DNA from: Octopus vulgaris
Lineage: Eukaryota
Assembly: GCA_951406725.2 (NCBI GenBank)
Contig: OX597814.1
Span: 119,226,001 to 119,290,000 of the forward strand
Direction: 5' to 3'
DNA length: 64,000 nt
The position numbers were made by a program, and so were the translations under genes. Positions 25,579 through 37,990 of the stretch are shown here, one piece after another (position 1 is the first letter of the stretch; every line of letters begins with the position of its first letter). Under the pieces are notes generated by a model. That model did no database searches. It was given only the letters and a program-made list of their open reading frames with translations, and was not told the origin of the DNA.

Positions 25579-26823
25579 ATTAGAGACAAAACCACTATTA
25601 TGCAAATCAAACAAAGAAAGACTTAAGCCAATACATAAAATAATTTATATAAATTAAAATTTAACATATGAATAACCACTACGATCGTTTCGTGTCAGCA
25701 CATTCATATGTTAAATTTTAATTTATATAAATTATTTTATGTATTCTTTGTTTGATTTGCATAATAGTGGTTTTGTCTCTAATTTAATATAATATAATAT
25801 TTTACTATAAAATTGGATTCAATCTTAAATCTGATTTTTCCTTGTATATTTGGATTTATTCCCTATTTATTATATCCACAATTCTGTCCTTATACGTTAA
25901 GTATTTTTTCTCTAGCATTGATACTACTCTTGATCTGTCTCTTTCTCTCTCTCTCTCTCTCCTCCTCCCTTCTTTCCTTCTTTCTTTCTTTCTCTCTCCA
26001 TCCCCCCCCCCATCCTACGTTTCTCTATCTCTCTTGCCTCCACTCCCCTCGATCTGTCTCTTTCTTCTCCTCCCTCGTCCACCTTCTCTCTCTCTTCATC
26101 TGTCCATTTCTCCTGTCTTTTGTCCTCACGTGACCGCTAGCCACTGCTGGGCGCCTTTTTCGTTCCAGCAGTCGTCGAAGCAACACGTTTTTGTTCGTCT
26201 CCCGTGGCCATAAGGCACAACTCCATAAGCCAGCCCCAACTCAACTCGTCCTGTCGAAAGACCCTTGTCCTACGTCCTGGTTTTGTTTTGTTTTTTATCC
26301 TTACCGTTATTGTTTTTACGTTTTTGTATTCTTATTCGTGCTTTCCTTATTGTTGTCACGTATTCTGTATTTTTATTCGTGTACATCGTTCGTTTTCCGT
26401 CCTTGTGTTGTATACATTCGAAGCTTTCTTCCAAGGGATCTAATGCGCTTGGCTTAGATTCCCTTGGGGGCTGCCCAGATCGGAGCAATCTCAAGATTAA
26501 TCAGCCGAAATTGCGAAGATGATCTGGTTCTTGACTGACGACTGAGGGCTTCGAATGTCCCGTCCTGTGGTTCTTGTGTCGTCTCCTTGGTGTTTCATGT
26601 TCTTGTCATTGTTTGTATTTATTTTTTACTGTTTACATATATATATATATATATATATACGACGGGTCTCTTTCAGTTTCCGTTTACCAAACCCACTCAC
26701 AAGTCTTTGGTCGGCCCGAGGCTATTGTAGAAGACACTTCCCCAAGGTACCACGCAGTGGGACTGAACCCATAACTATGTGTTTGATAAGCAAGCTACTC
26801 ACCACACAGCCACTCTTACGCTT
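25336..26823 (-). mobile_element. Family A SINE split at its internal microsatellite by ~1.1 kb of inserted repeats
   Basis: 3' half at ~25336-25545 and 5' half at ~26659-26823, same orientation and correct order. Confidence 0.75.
25572..25790. mobile_element. Fold-back element with the 3' half of a hammerhead in its 28-nt spacer
   Basis: Arms 25572-25673 and 25702-25790 (13-nt deletion in right arm). Spacer on minus strand reads GTG-ctga-CAC-GAAAC-gatc-GTA-gtggtt. Confidence 0.8.
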
Positions 26824-27723
26824 ATATAAAAGACTTATATATAAGTATTTCGTGCTGTTCGCTTCCCCTTATGAGCCAAGACATACTTTCACGCTGTTCC
26901 AGTATAGGTAACTGGAGTATTACACTTTCACTTAAGTAAATTTAGTTTTATAGATTATGCAGAAAATATTTTTGATAAGGAATGCCAGTAAGTTGTAGTG
27001 AAATGAAAGTACAAGTGATGTGTGAATACCAGTAAGTAATAGTGACATGAATTTACAAATACTGAATGGAGTAATTTTCTTTTACTGAAATTCCGATGAT
27101 ATATTACAGGAATGCAGAGCAAGGCGTTGTGTGGTTTTTTTTTTTGTCGGTGTGTAGATGATTTTCGTTTCGCTGTGAATATGTGTCTGTGTGCGTATGA
27201 CTTCACTGTCAGCTTGTCTCTGGTTTTGAGAAAGAAATTTCTATGTCTACATCTGAACGGAGAGACAGACAGACATTAGATTGTGGCCATGCTGGGGCAT
27301 CAACTTGAAGAATTTTTAGATGAACGTGTTGACCCTAGAATTTTTTTACTTGTGGAATTCATTAGAGAGAGAGAGAGAAAGAGCGATTGACAGTGTTTAA
27401 TTGAGCAGAATAGACCATCCTTGAATAAATAAATGAATGAATATACATGGTGTGGTGTTTGTCATTGTCTTGAATGCTGACCAATCTCGCCACAGGACAA
27501 TTTCCGGCCAAACAGAAAGACAGAAAGATAAATAGAGAGAGAAAGGGGGAGAGAGATTAAAAGGTGTCGATTCTTTGAAAATTTTGGCACTTCAGCTCTT
27601 GTCACATCATCATCATCATTATCATCACCACAGTTAAATTGTGAAAGTGCACAAAACATCCACGCTTATAAACGAGATGGTGTCTCAATTATGTTTTATG
27701 AGACAAACAGACAGAATCTTTCT

Positions 27724-27774
<51 letters not shown>

Positions 27775-27892
27775 CTGTGTGTTTGTGTGTGCGTGTGTGT
27801 GTGTGTGTATGTTTGTATGTATGTAAGTATGTACGTACGTACGTACGTTTGTATGTATATGTGTAAAATTATTTATGCATATATAAATATTA

Positions 27893-28303
27893 GCAGAATT
27901 TAGGTTAGTTCAAATATGTTTTTCACATATTTCAACTGCCAAAGGCAAATACACTGCAGATACCGTGGAGAGAAAAGTGTCTCTTATGGGAAAAAGGTGT
28001 GAAAACATCCAGTTCATTCAGTGTCGCCGTCTGTTAGGAATCCCAGACATCGATGTTTTTTTACCTTTGTCAATGAGATGTACCTTTAACAGTTAACCCT
28101 GAACGAACTTGAAAAAGCTGCGAGCTTTACATATAAAGTACAACTCATTGATAAGAGTAAAAAAAACTCGAAGAATTGATGTTTGGGATTCCTAACAGAC
28201 AGCGACACTGAACGACCTGGGTGTTTTCACCACAGTAACTGTAGTATATTTGCTTTTCAGCAAACATATGCTAAAAACATATTTCAGTTAACCTAAAATC
28301 TGC
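27893..28303. mobile_element. Long-TIR non-autonomous element (copy 2 of 1401-1811, inverted)
   Basis: gcagaatttaggttagtt... / ...ttaacctaaaatctgc; internal caatgagatgtacc..ctgaacgaactt matches the reverse complement of copy 1. Confidence 0.8.
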
Positions 28304-28479
28304 ATATACCTAAACACTGTTGTGCGCCAATGCTTCGTTATATACATACTAATACATACACATTCTTTTATTCTTCATTTTTTCTGTTACTAGTTCAAAT
28401 TTCAAACCTGTGGCCATGATGCAGCACCGCATATGCAATTCCTACCCCTTTGACGGTACTTAAGTTTTGCTGAATGGAG

Positions 28480-28850
28480 GAATCCAATGTCTTTCTCCCT
28501 GAATTTCTTGTGTCCCCTTCATTTGTCTGAAATTGCACCTATCAGATTATCGAGGTGTCTTCTTGAATGCGTCTATATCTATTTCATGTAGATTTCTTAG
28601 TCTTTTGACAAGATATTGCAAACCTGTTGAACTTTGAATCGGAGTCTGTTGCAGAACATGTGACTGGTTTTCCATGAGGTTTTTGAGATATTCGGACCTA
28701 CAACGGCATGGCTAATTCGGGAACTGATATCAGCGATATTAGAGTTTTTAAGGAACAACTATATATAAATCCCAGTTTTTCCTTCCTATCTTCCTCCAGG
28801 TTTAATGCTTTAAGATTCTCGCAGCACGTTTATTTTCGAACTGAGGCGAT
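28480..28850 (-). mobile_element. Decayed CR1-like LINE 3' region
   Basis: Minus strand CNRLRFKVQQVCNILS..LRNLHEIDIDAFKK.. is homologous to the CR1 C-terminal pattern at 2-187. Confidence 0.6.
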
Positions 28851-29069
28851 TTTAAGGCATCATTGCTTCAAGTTTAACATCGTTTGGTGACTATACTTAA
28901 AGTACTTTAGGCTAGTGAGAATAAAAGAATACTATAAATTCAGCTTATTTTCCTTCTCTCTGCTAGAATAGAACCTTATTCGCTTCATATATACATACAC
29001 TCAAGCACAAACATACGAATACGTTCACATACACGCAGGTACACTACCTACCTATATATACCTACATAT

Positions 29070-29144
<75 letters not shown>

Positions 29145-29151
29145 GAGAGAG

Positions 29152-29211
<60 letters not shown>

Positions 29212-29974
29212 TTATGTTGCTTGTCTTGATTTCCATTTGTTTCTTTCGTTTTTCGCAAAAAAGTTCATATTCCATGTATTCGTATTTTATGTTGTTTACG
29301 TTTTATGACGTCCTGTGCCCACATATGCATATGTATGCATATATGTATTATTTACATTATTATTTGATTGAACGCCACGCATCCTTTTCCAAGTAAGTTT
29401 TATCTATCTATATATCTATATCTATATAAAGAAAATAAAAAAATGGAACAAGAACGTAACAGGTGGCAACAAAACATCCGGACAGTTATGATGAATAATT
29501 TTGAAATGAAGCGATTCAGTGGATATAAATTACTTTATTATTTAATTAACATTGCCAACAATTGTTTCGCTTCACACCTAATTTGTATTACCAGACATAC
29601 ATAATAATAATATAAGTTTGCATTTTGAGAATCATGAGTGGAAGATCTTCAGATGAAAATGGACGTTATAAATTTTACATTTTGGTCAGTTGAAATACTC
29701 CAACAAACGAGTTAGAGACATGGAATATTCTGATGGAATATTCCAACTGATCAAAATATAAACTCTGTAATGTCCATTTTGATCTGAATATCTTCCACCC
29801 CGGATACAGAAGATGTAAACTTATATTATTATATAAGTTTTGTAATATAAACTGTATGTGAAGTGAAACAATTAGAGCCAATGCTAATTAATTAATTAAT
29901 TCATTCATTTATATCCATTGAGTCGTTACGTTTGAATTCAAATGTATTCATAATATTTGATGTTGTACATTCAT

Positions 29975-30350
29975 TTATTCTTTCACTTGCTACAGTCATT
30001 TAACTGCGGCTATGCTGGAGCACCGCCTTTCGCTGAACAAATCGATCCCAGGAGTTATTCTTTATCAGCCTAGTATTTTTCTAGTCGTCTCCTTTTCCGA
30101 ATATCTAAGTTACGGGGAGTAAGCACACCAATATCTGTTGTCGAGCAATAATGCAGGACAACAGAGACATACACACATATATATATATAGGACGGGCTTC
30201 TTTCAGTTTCCGTCTGCCAAATCCACTCACAAGGCTTTGATCGGCCCGAGGCTATAGCAGAACACCCTTGACCGCGGTGCCACGTTGTGAGAATGAACTC
30301 GGAACTTTGTGACTGGGAAGTAATCTTCTTGCCACGCAGCCAGGCCTGCA
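29975..30350 (-). mobile_element. Family A SINE
   Basis: Reverse-complement match to 30537-30950. Confidence 0.85.
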
Positions 30351-30453
30351 GCTATAATATATTTATTGAAGAAACATCTCTCAAACTATGATATATCAAA
30401 CCAGGATATCTTGGATAGAACTATCCCTATAAGAGGTTTAAATATCTTCAGAG

Positions 30454-30509
<56 letters not shown>

Positions 30510-30536
30510 AAAAAATCAAAAAATATATATATAGAT

Positions 30537-30950
30537 AGGCGCAGGAGTGGCTGTGTGGTAAGTAGCTTGCTAACCAACCACATGGTTCCGGGTTCAGTCC
30601 CACTGCGTGGCATCTTGGGCAAGTGTCTTCTGCTATAGCCCCGGGCCGACCAATGCCTTGTGAGTGGATTTGGTAGACGGAAACTGAAAGAAGCCTGTCG
30701 TATATATGTATATGTATATATATGTATGTGTGTGTTTGTGTGTCTGTGTTTGTCCCCCTAGCATTGCTTGACAACCGATGCTGGTGTGTTTACGTCCCCG
30801 TCACTTAGCGGTTTGGCAAAAGAGACCGATAGAATAAGTACTGGGCTTACAAAGAATAAATCCCGGGGTCGATTTGCTCGACTAAAGGCGGTGCTCCAGC
30901 ATGGCCGCAGTCAAATGACTGAAACAAGTAAAAAGTAAAAAAAAAGTAAA
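30537..30950 (+). mobile_element. Complete family A SINE
   Basis: tRNA-like head (tggctgtgtggtaag / gggttcagtccc), conserved body, internal microsatellite, (agtaaaa)n tail. Confidence 0.92.
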
Positions 30951-31125
30951 AAAAATATAAAAAATATATATAGATAAGAGAAAAAAATCAATCATAAAGG
31001 AACTCTATCTCACTTAAAATATCTTTTGATAAGCATAACAAATGCGCAACCGGTAAAAAGAGCTTTCACCTAATTAAATACACTCTCCCTTACTTAAATT
31101 ATTTTATCAGCATTTTCTTCATTTC

Positions 31126-31180
<55 letters not shown>

Positions 31181-31249
31181 TAATCCAAACAAGGAAACAA
31201 AAAGACACAACAACGCAAGGACGTGGAACAAATAAAGTATTATTGGACG

Positions 31250-31293
<44 letters not shown>

Positions 31294-31369
31294 AAAGTAA
31301 TTTGGTTTCGATACATACGTACATACACACATACATGCACACACCACACACACACATACATGCACACAC

Positions 31370-31457
<88 letters not shown>

Positions 31458-31877
31458 GAAAAATACAAACTGGGAGAAGAATGTAAACCATTTAGAAGAC
31501 GATACAAAAAACACGGACGGGACATTCGAAGCCTTCAATCTTCAGTCAAGAACCGGATCATCCTAGCAATTTCGGCTGATTAATATATATATGTATGTGT
31601 GTACATCTGTCTGTCTGTCTGTCTATATGTATGTATGTATATACTAACTTAAAAGCCGCCCTGTGGAGAACACTTCATTGGGCTTTGAGCCCAACAATGA
31701 CACTTCATGCATTGAGTACATATTAAAATTTATTAAACTTGAACTATATTTTTCAAGCAATGAAAAATTTTCATGAAAACATGACATAATTCGTCGACTT
31801 GGAACTTATTGCTAAGCTGCATGATAAACATTTTTGTCTTGCCATTCAGAGTCAGTACAATTTTTTTCCTGTCTTAC

Positions 31878-31927
<50 letters not shown>

Positions 31928-31928
31928 G

Positions 31929-31963
<35 letters not shown>

Positions 31964-32688
31964 CTCTCTAGTTCTGTTGATTGTTTTCCACCATCACCAT
32001 CACCAGTGCAACCATCATTATCACCACAACTGGCATACTCACACCATTTAGACATTTGACGCCATACCATCAATACCCTCGACTTCGCCGTGTTCCCCTC
32101 CATCACCATCATCACTGCCTCCTCCGGCTCTATCACAACTACAACTCATATTATTACTATCACCCAATTACCTTCACACCCGTCAATCTACTCCCGTCTC
32201 TATGCTTCCTATTACCCTCACCCCAGCATGAGCAATAGCAGAGTATCTATGAATAAAGAGAGAGGGGCTCGAGGTGTGACACACGGACACACAGAAATTA
32301 GTTTTCGTATTTATTATATATATATATATACCAGCATCTCATCGTATATTATTCTGTATTCTTCCATACTAAGGTAGTAATTTAGCTTTCTTTTCAATGG
32401 CTAAATATACACACCTACATTAATTGTCTCTCAGCCTATGTAGAGACGTCATCTCATGAAGCAGCACATAATTGTAAATGCTTTTAAAAGACAAATACAG
32501 CTTGGAAAAAAGAAAACTACCATTTAATGAGTCTACACGTTTTTTAAGATAAAAACATTTCTCGGTGAGAGATGTTATAATTATCCAATCTTCTCTCTCA
32601 ATACTTTTCAAATTCTGAAGACGAAAGTTTTCAGAATAGGAAACTCATATACGAAACCATATTCCATAGTAAAAGTTTCATTTGAATG

Positions 32689-32722
<34 letters not shown>

Positions 32723-32747
32723 CACACACACGCACACACATACACAC

Positions 32748-32811
<64 letters not shown>

Positions 32812-32867
32812 TAGCTGAAGGTGACCCGCTCTACGCGCGGGTAAGAGTGTGGGTGTTACTTTCTGTT

Positions 32868-33187
32868 GCTTCCTTTCAGCACATAAAAAGCACCATCCGA
32901 ACGTGGCCGATTGCAGCACCGCCTTGACTTGCTTCTGTGCTGGTGGCACGTAAAAAGCACCAACCGATCGTTGCCACTGCGAGCCCCCTGGCACCAGTGC
33001 CGTCGGCACGAAAAAAGCACTCACTACACTCACAGTGTGGTTGGCGTTAGGAAGGTCATCCACCTGTAGAAACACTGCCATATCAGACTGGAGCCTGGTG
33101 CAGCCTCCTGGCTTCCGAGACCCGGTCACACTGCCCAACCCGTGCTAGCACGGAAAACGGACGTTAAACGATGATGATGATGATGAT
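32868..33187 (+). mobile_element. SINE/LINE-tail fragment ending in (GAT)n
   Basis: Three internal gcacgtaaaaagcac-like repeats, ggttggcgttaggaagg motif, cggacgttaaac(gat)n tail. Confidence 0.75.
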
Positions 33188-34011
33188 TCTCCGTATTTGT
33201 TTCTCTCTCCTTTCTCTCTCACTTTCCCACTCTCTTACTTTTCTTTTCTCTCTGACTCTCCCTCGCTTTCTCTTACTCTCTATCTTTATCTATCTCTCTC
33301 CCATTTATAAACAACAGAAGATCTTGAGTAAGTTGAGAAATAAAATATTTAGAAAGATCAATCAGAAATATGAGGCAGTGGCAATGGAAAGGTTTGCTTC
33401 AAGGCAGACAGCAAAACGCTAACATTCAAAAGGGACAGACGAACTTGCGAGCTGAATAAAAATAATAAAATATTGGAAACCAAAGTTTGAAGGGATAGAA
33501 TCTGAGGATAGTAGAGTCACCATGGCTGGCATTTGTTAACGACGGACAGCAACGTAGTGACAGTTTAACGGCTGGCGTTAAATTTTGAACTTGATGTAAA
33601 AGAAAATTCGTAAACACCAATTTTTGAAGTGATTCTTTCTCACGACAGTAGACTCACCATGGCAAGCATTCAAAACTTCTTTATCATGGACGGCAACACA
33701 TTGACGATTAAAAGGCTGGCGCAAATTTTTTAGCTTGATGCAACAGAGAATTCCTAAACACCCGCTCTTTGAAATTTTAATCCCCTTCCAGCCCCATTTA
33801 GACCCCTTTTCACATTTTGGTTAATATAACCCGATTTCATTCGGGTGTACTGGGGCCACGTTTTATAAGATGAAGAATTTTGTCCTAGAGGTGACGCCTT
33901 TCATTTGAGGAACAAAATAGTTGTGATGCAAACTTGTCAGCACCTTTAACATAGGTGTGCATATTTTCAGGTGAATCGACCGACTACGTAATGCACACAT
34001 ATATATATGTG

Positions 34012-34043
<32 letters not shown>

Positions 34044-34186
34044 CACGCATTATATATACAAATGTATACAAATGAGATATATATCTGTATAAATTAAATT
34101 AGAGATAAAACCACTAATAGGCAAATCAAACAGTGAAAAACCAAAAACAAAAACATAAAAAAAGAAAATATAACATAGAAAATATA

Positions 34187-35204
34187 TCTATATATATAAA
34201 ACTGTAGTTGTGTGAGTGTCTGTCTCCCTTCGATTTAGATTCCTAACTACTCCCAAATTTTGCGGTGTAGTTTAACCAAATTCGGGTATCTTATAGTCGT
34301 GATTCATATCGAGCCCGTCTGGGTATTAGCGCGCGTCTACGATGAGTGTACGATTTTAAAAATAATTTAACATAATTTTTTATTCCATTTTAATGCATAT
34401 TTTTTCGTGTGTCGATGGCGGCGGAGTTGGCGTCCACGCTCACGCCTGCACCTGTGTTGCTTCTCCCCTTCTTCCCTCCCTCGTGAAGCTGTGGGGAAGG
34501 GAGTGTAAGGAAATCAACGTCGTAATGCGTTGTGAAGGAGACCAGCGTTCTTTTAGAACAACGACTTCATGGCTTGAAGTCGCCAAAACAGAAATCGCTA
34601 AAAAAGCTGAAACAGATCCACAAAAGCGGCAAAAACCGCCACACAGGGCAGGTTTCCTGTGCAAACAATTTGCACAACCGAATGTTTTAGTTGTTGCACA
34701 AATCTTTATATATAAAAGTAAGGTTGTGTGTCTGTCTCCTACGATTTACATTCCTAACTACTCCCACATTTTGCGGTGCAGTGTAACCAAAACCGGGTAT
34801 CTTATAGTCGTGATTCATATCGAGCCCTTCTGGGTATTAGCGCGCGTCTACGATGAGTCTACGATTTAAAAAAAAATTTACCATCATTTTTTATTCCATT
34901 TTAATGCATTTTTCGCTATTATATAAGGGAAGTAACTCTCTAAAAATGTCTACGATGAGTCAACGATTAAAAAAAAAATTACCATCATTTTTTTATTCCA
35001 TTTTAATGCATTTTTCGCTATTATATAAGGGAAGTAACTCTGTAAAAATGTCTACGATGAGTCAACGATTTAAAAAAGAAATTACTATCATTTTTTATTC
35101 CATCTTTAATGCATTTTTTGCTATTTTTTTTGCTATAACTCACTAAAAATGCTTATATAGTTATTTCCCTTACAAACCCGAGCAACGCCGGGCGATACTG
35201 CTAG
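34187..35204 (+). mobile_element. Non-autonomous Helitron
   Basis: 5' A|TCTATATATATAAAA; 3' hairpin cccgagcaacgccggg (35177-35192) then CTAG|T. Duplicated 5' end at 34703; ~100-bp internal tandem repeats at 34848-35120. Confidence 0.88.
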
Positions 35205-35354
35205 TAAAATATAAAATTGAAAACTTTAAATTATTTAAATTGAAAATAAAAATTATGAAATTATATTTATAATTTGTTTAAAAATATATATAACTATGAA
35301 AAAGTATGAAAAAGTTTAATATACATAAATACAGATATATACACTTTGTATATA

Positions 35355-35625
35355 TACATTATATATACATATTTATATATAGAACACACACACACACATA
35401 CATTATATATACATATTTATATATAGAACACACACACACACACATACATTATATATACATATTTATATATAGAACACACACACACACATACATTATATAT
35501 ACATATTTATATATAGAACACACACACACACATACATTATATATACATATTTATATATAGAACACACACACACATACATTATATATACATATATATATAG
35601 AACACACACACACACACACATACAC
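35355..35625. repeat. ~45-bp compound minisatellite (tacattatatatacatatttatatatagaac(ac)n), ~6 copies
   Basis: Direct inspection. Confidence 0.9.
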
Positions 35626-36649
35626 ATATAAATGAACGCAAGAATATCTGATTCATAATATTTGTTCTCATGCTCGTGTGTTGATTGTTGGTGACAGACA
35701 TATACTTCAAAGAACGCCGCCGAAGTGATAGGAAGGTAGGAAACAGAGTCAGTGAAAAAGAAAGGAAATAGCGATAGTGACAGATACTTTAAATAACCGT
35801 AGTGGCATTCTGAAAGTTATAAATGAAGAGGAGTGACAGAGTACTGGAGGAAATAGGGTGAGGTAGGAAGATGGCCCCTAGAAACCACAGCTTTTAAGAT
35901 AGGGATTTCTAAGGTAGCCCACGCGCATCGTCACCTCATTCTACATGTCCGTGTAAATTTTGGAGCGAATCGGACGGGATGTAGTGGCATTGAAAGCGAA
36001 CCAAGCGGTAAAAACGCATTTCAGTTTTATATATAGAGATATATATACCATTATTATTAAGCGAAAGTGTGTTATTAAGTCCAAAACTTTTTCAGAAAAC
36101 GAAAAAAGTGTTTCACCATTCAATAGCAAAACCATTGCTTGGCATGTGAAGCAGCTGCAGATATGGTAGTTTGAACAAATGAACCGGCTATTGCAAACAA
36201 AAATACAGGAAAAGCTGCGCTCGGTCAAATTTGGATATACGACATTTTAACATAATGGCAAAAACTTTAGAGTGCCTTTCGTATATTAGAAAAGGTGCAC
36301 TAAGGTAATTCAAAAAAAGGGGATAAATCGGCTTAGCAGAAACCAAATTACGCGCTCACACACATATATATACAAACACACACATTTATATTATTAGAAG
36401 AAAAACGGATTAAAGTAACGCGTGAGATTTCAATAAAGCACTCAGCATTAAGAAAAATTTGGAATGCAGATTTCAGCAAAGTCCTCATGTATGACAGGTA
36501 AATCAAGATATCCTTGGCCAGAATTTCGACACCCCCGCCGCACACATTATTATGTCTAGTGTGAGTCATTATGCTAATATTAACACAGTACTTGTGTAGA
36601 TAATATTAGCATAATGAATCTCCCTGGATACAACAAAATGTGTCTTTTT

Positions 36650-36940
36650 ATTCCTAGTATTTATTTTATCGATCATTTTGCCGAGCTGCTAATTTGCGGG
36701 TGCATAAACACACCAATACCGGTTGTCAAGCGGTGATGGCGGATAAAAAAACAGACACACACATACGCACACACATACGACGGGCCTCCTTCAATTTTCG
36801 TCTACCGAATGGAACTCACAAGGTCTTCTTCATCCCGAGGCTATAGAAGTCACTTTCTCATGATGCCAAGCAATGGGACTGAGCCCAGAACCATGTGGTT
36901 GGGAAACAAATGTCTTATTACACAGTCAGGCCTGCGCCTG
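36650..36940 (-). mobile_element. Old family A SINE
   Basis: Degenerate reverse-complement match. Confidence 0.75.
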
Positions 36941-37009
36941 GAAATCGATGGAATAGACATGCCTCCCACCCCAAAATTTCAGGGATTCTGCCTATTATTT
37001 AGATTACTT

Positions 37010-37385
37010 AAATAAGTTTCGGCTGAAAGTGGCCACGCCTTGTCTAATTTAATAGCACAGTCAGCTCTTGGGCACACTCAGTTCTAGGGCACTATACCCA
37101 TTCGAGCAGAGTGTTATTGTTTTCAAGGACATATCCGGGTTCGAGTGGTTTATCTGGTATTTTTTGGATGTAGTTATCAGCCGTGAAGACACTTTCCCCC
37201 TTTATGTGGACTGGCAAGCCGTTGAAAAGTGCCGGGCAAGTTGAGGTGTAATAGTTCTGTCGTAACGTTGTGATACAACATGGCCATGATTTCTATAGTG
37301 GACGGATGGCACGGGGGCCAAACCTTGGAGGAATTTGAAAGATGATGCCTATATCATTTGGGTAATATTGATGGAATTATGTACA
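37010..37385 (-). mobile_element. CR1-like LINE 3' end, related to 2-270
   Basis: Minus strand ..YYTSTCPALFNGLPVHIKGE..IQKIPDKPLEPGYVLENNNTLLEWV* plus a shared 3' UTR. Confidence 0.75.
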
Positions 37386-37701
37386 TTCTTTTATTCGTTT
37401 CAGTCATTTTTGATTGCGGCCACGCTGGAGCACCGCCTTTAGTCGAGCAATTCGACCCTAGGATTTATTCTTTGTAAGCCTAGTACTTATTCTATCGGTC
37501 TATATGCCGAACCGCTAACTTACGGGGACGTAAACACACCAGCATTGATATCAAGCGATGTTGGACAAATCCACTCACAACACATTAGTCGGCCCGATGC
37601 TATAGTAAAATACACTTGCCCAAGGTGCCACGCAGTGGGACTGAACCCGGAACCATGTGGTTGGTTAGCAAGCTACTAATCCCATAGCCACACCTGCGCC
37701 T
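37386..37701 (-). mobile_element. Family A SINE with internal deletion
   Basis: Reverse-complement match to 30537-30950. Confidence 0.88.
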
Positions 37702-37735
37702 ATCACATTATTTACATTATTTACATTTGACGGAT

Positions 37736-37782
<47 letters not shown>

Positions 37783-37807
37783 TTATTATCATTATTATTA
37801 TTATTCA

Positions 37808-37880
37808 GGTCACTGCCTGGAATCGAACTCGGAATCTTGGGGTTAGTAGCTCGCACTCTTTACTACTACGCTATATGCCC
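37808..37880 (-). pseudogene. tRNA-derived SINE head (pol III A/B boxes), not a functional tRNA
   Basis: gggcatatagcgtagtagtaaagagtgcgagctactaaccccaagattccgagttcgattccaggcagtgacc: A-box TAGCGTAGTAG, B-box GAGTTCGATTCC, poor acceptor stem. Confidence 0.75.
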
Positions 37881-37945
37881 GTAGGCATATAATAACATCG
37901 AAAAATACCTTAGAAATGAGAACACAGGTTCGAAATTTCCCCAAG

Positions 37946-37990
37946 AAACCTGATGATGGCTGGAGGGTATATCAGCCGAAACATTGCGAT
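37946..37990 (+). ncRNA. Minimal hammerhead motif, decayed at stem III and stem I
   Basis: CTGATGA(37950-56)-t-GGCTG-gagggtatat-CAGCC-GAAAC(37978-82)-att; CATT is one CpG transition from CGTT. Confidence 0.65.

Larger units (their letters stand above)
32811..36039 (-). mobile_element. Helitron-type termini on the minus strand, possibly one ~3.2-kb element with nested insertions
   Basis: 3' end: hairpin acccgc-gcgtaga-gcgggt then CTAG|T at 32811. 5' end: A|TCTCTATATATAAAA at 36039. That the two ends belong to one element is inferred. Confidence 0.5.

Noticed and set aside
26470-26570. Hammerhead in the repeat shared with 31515-31585 (ggctg..cagccGAAA; ctgacga/ctgaaga..gaatgtc)
   Set aside because: The motif pieces cannot be ordered into a valid type I, II or III topology: no core before the GAAA stem, and GAAU instead of GAAA after the core.
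30380-30452. Minus-strand CTGAAGA followed by a long stem (tatttaaacc/ggtttgatata)
   Set aside because: No GAAA or stem III; possibly a deleted HHR but not supportable.
32612-32686. CTGAAGA..GAAAC..GTT with ttcaaat/atttgaa flanks
   Set aside because: Stem II is absent and stem I is out of register by 2 nt; the core lies within an unrelated 11-bp GAAA-loop hairpin.
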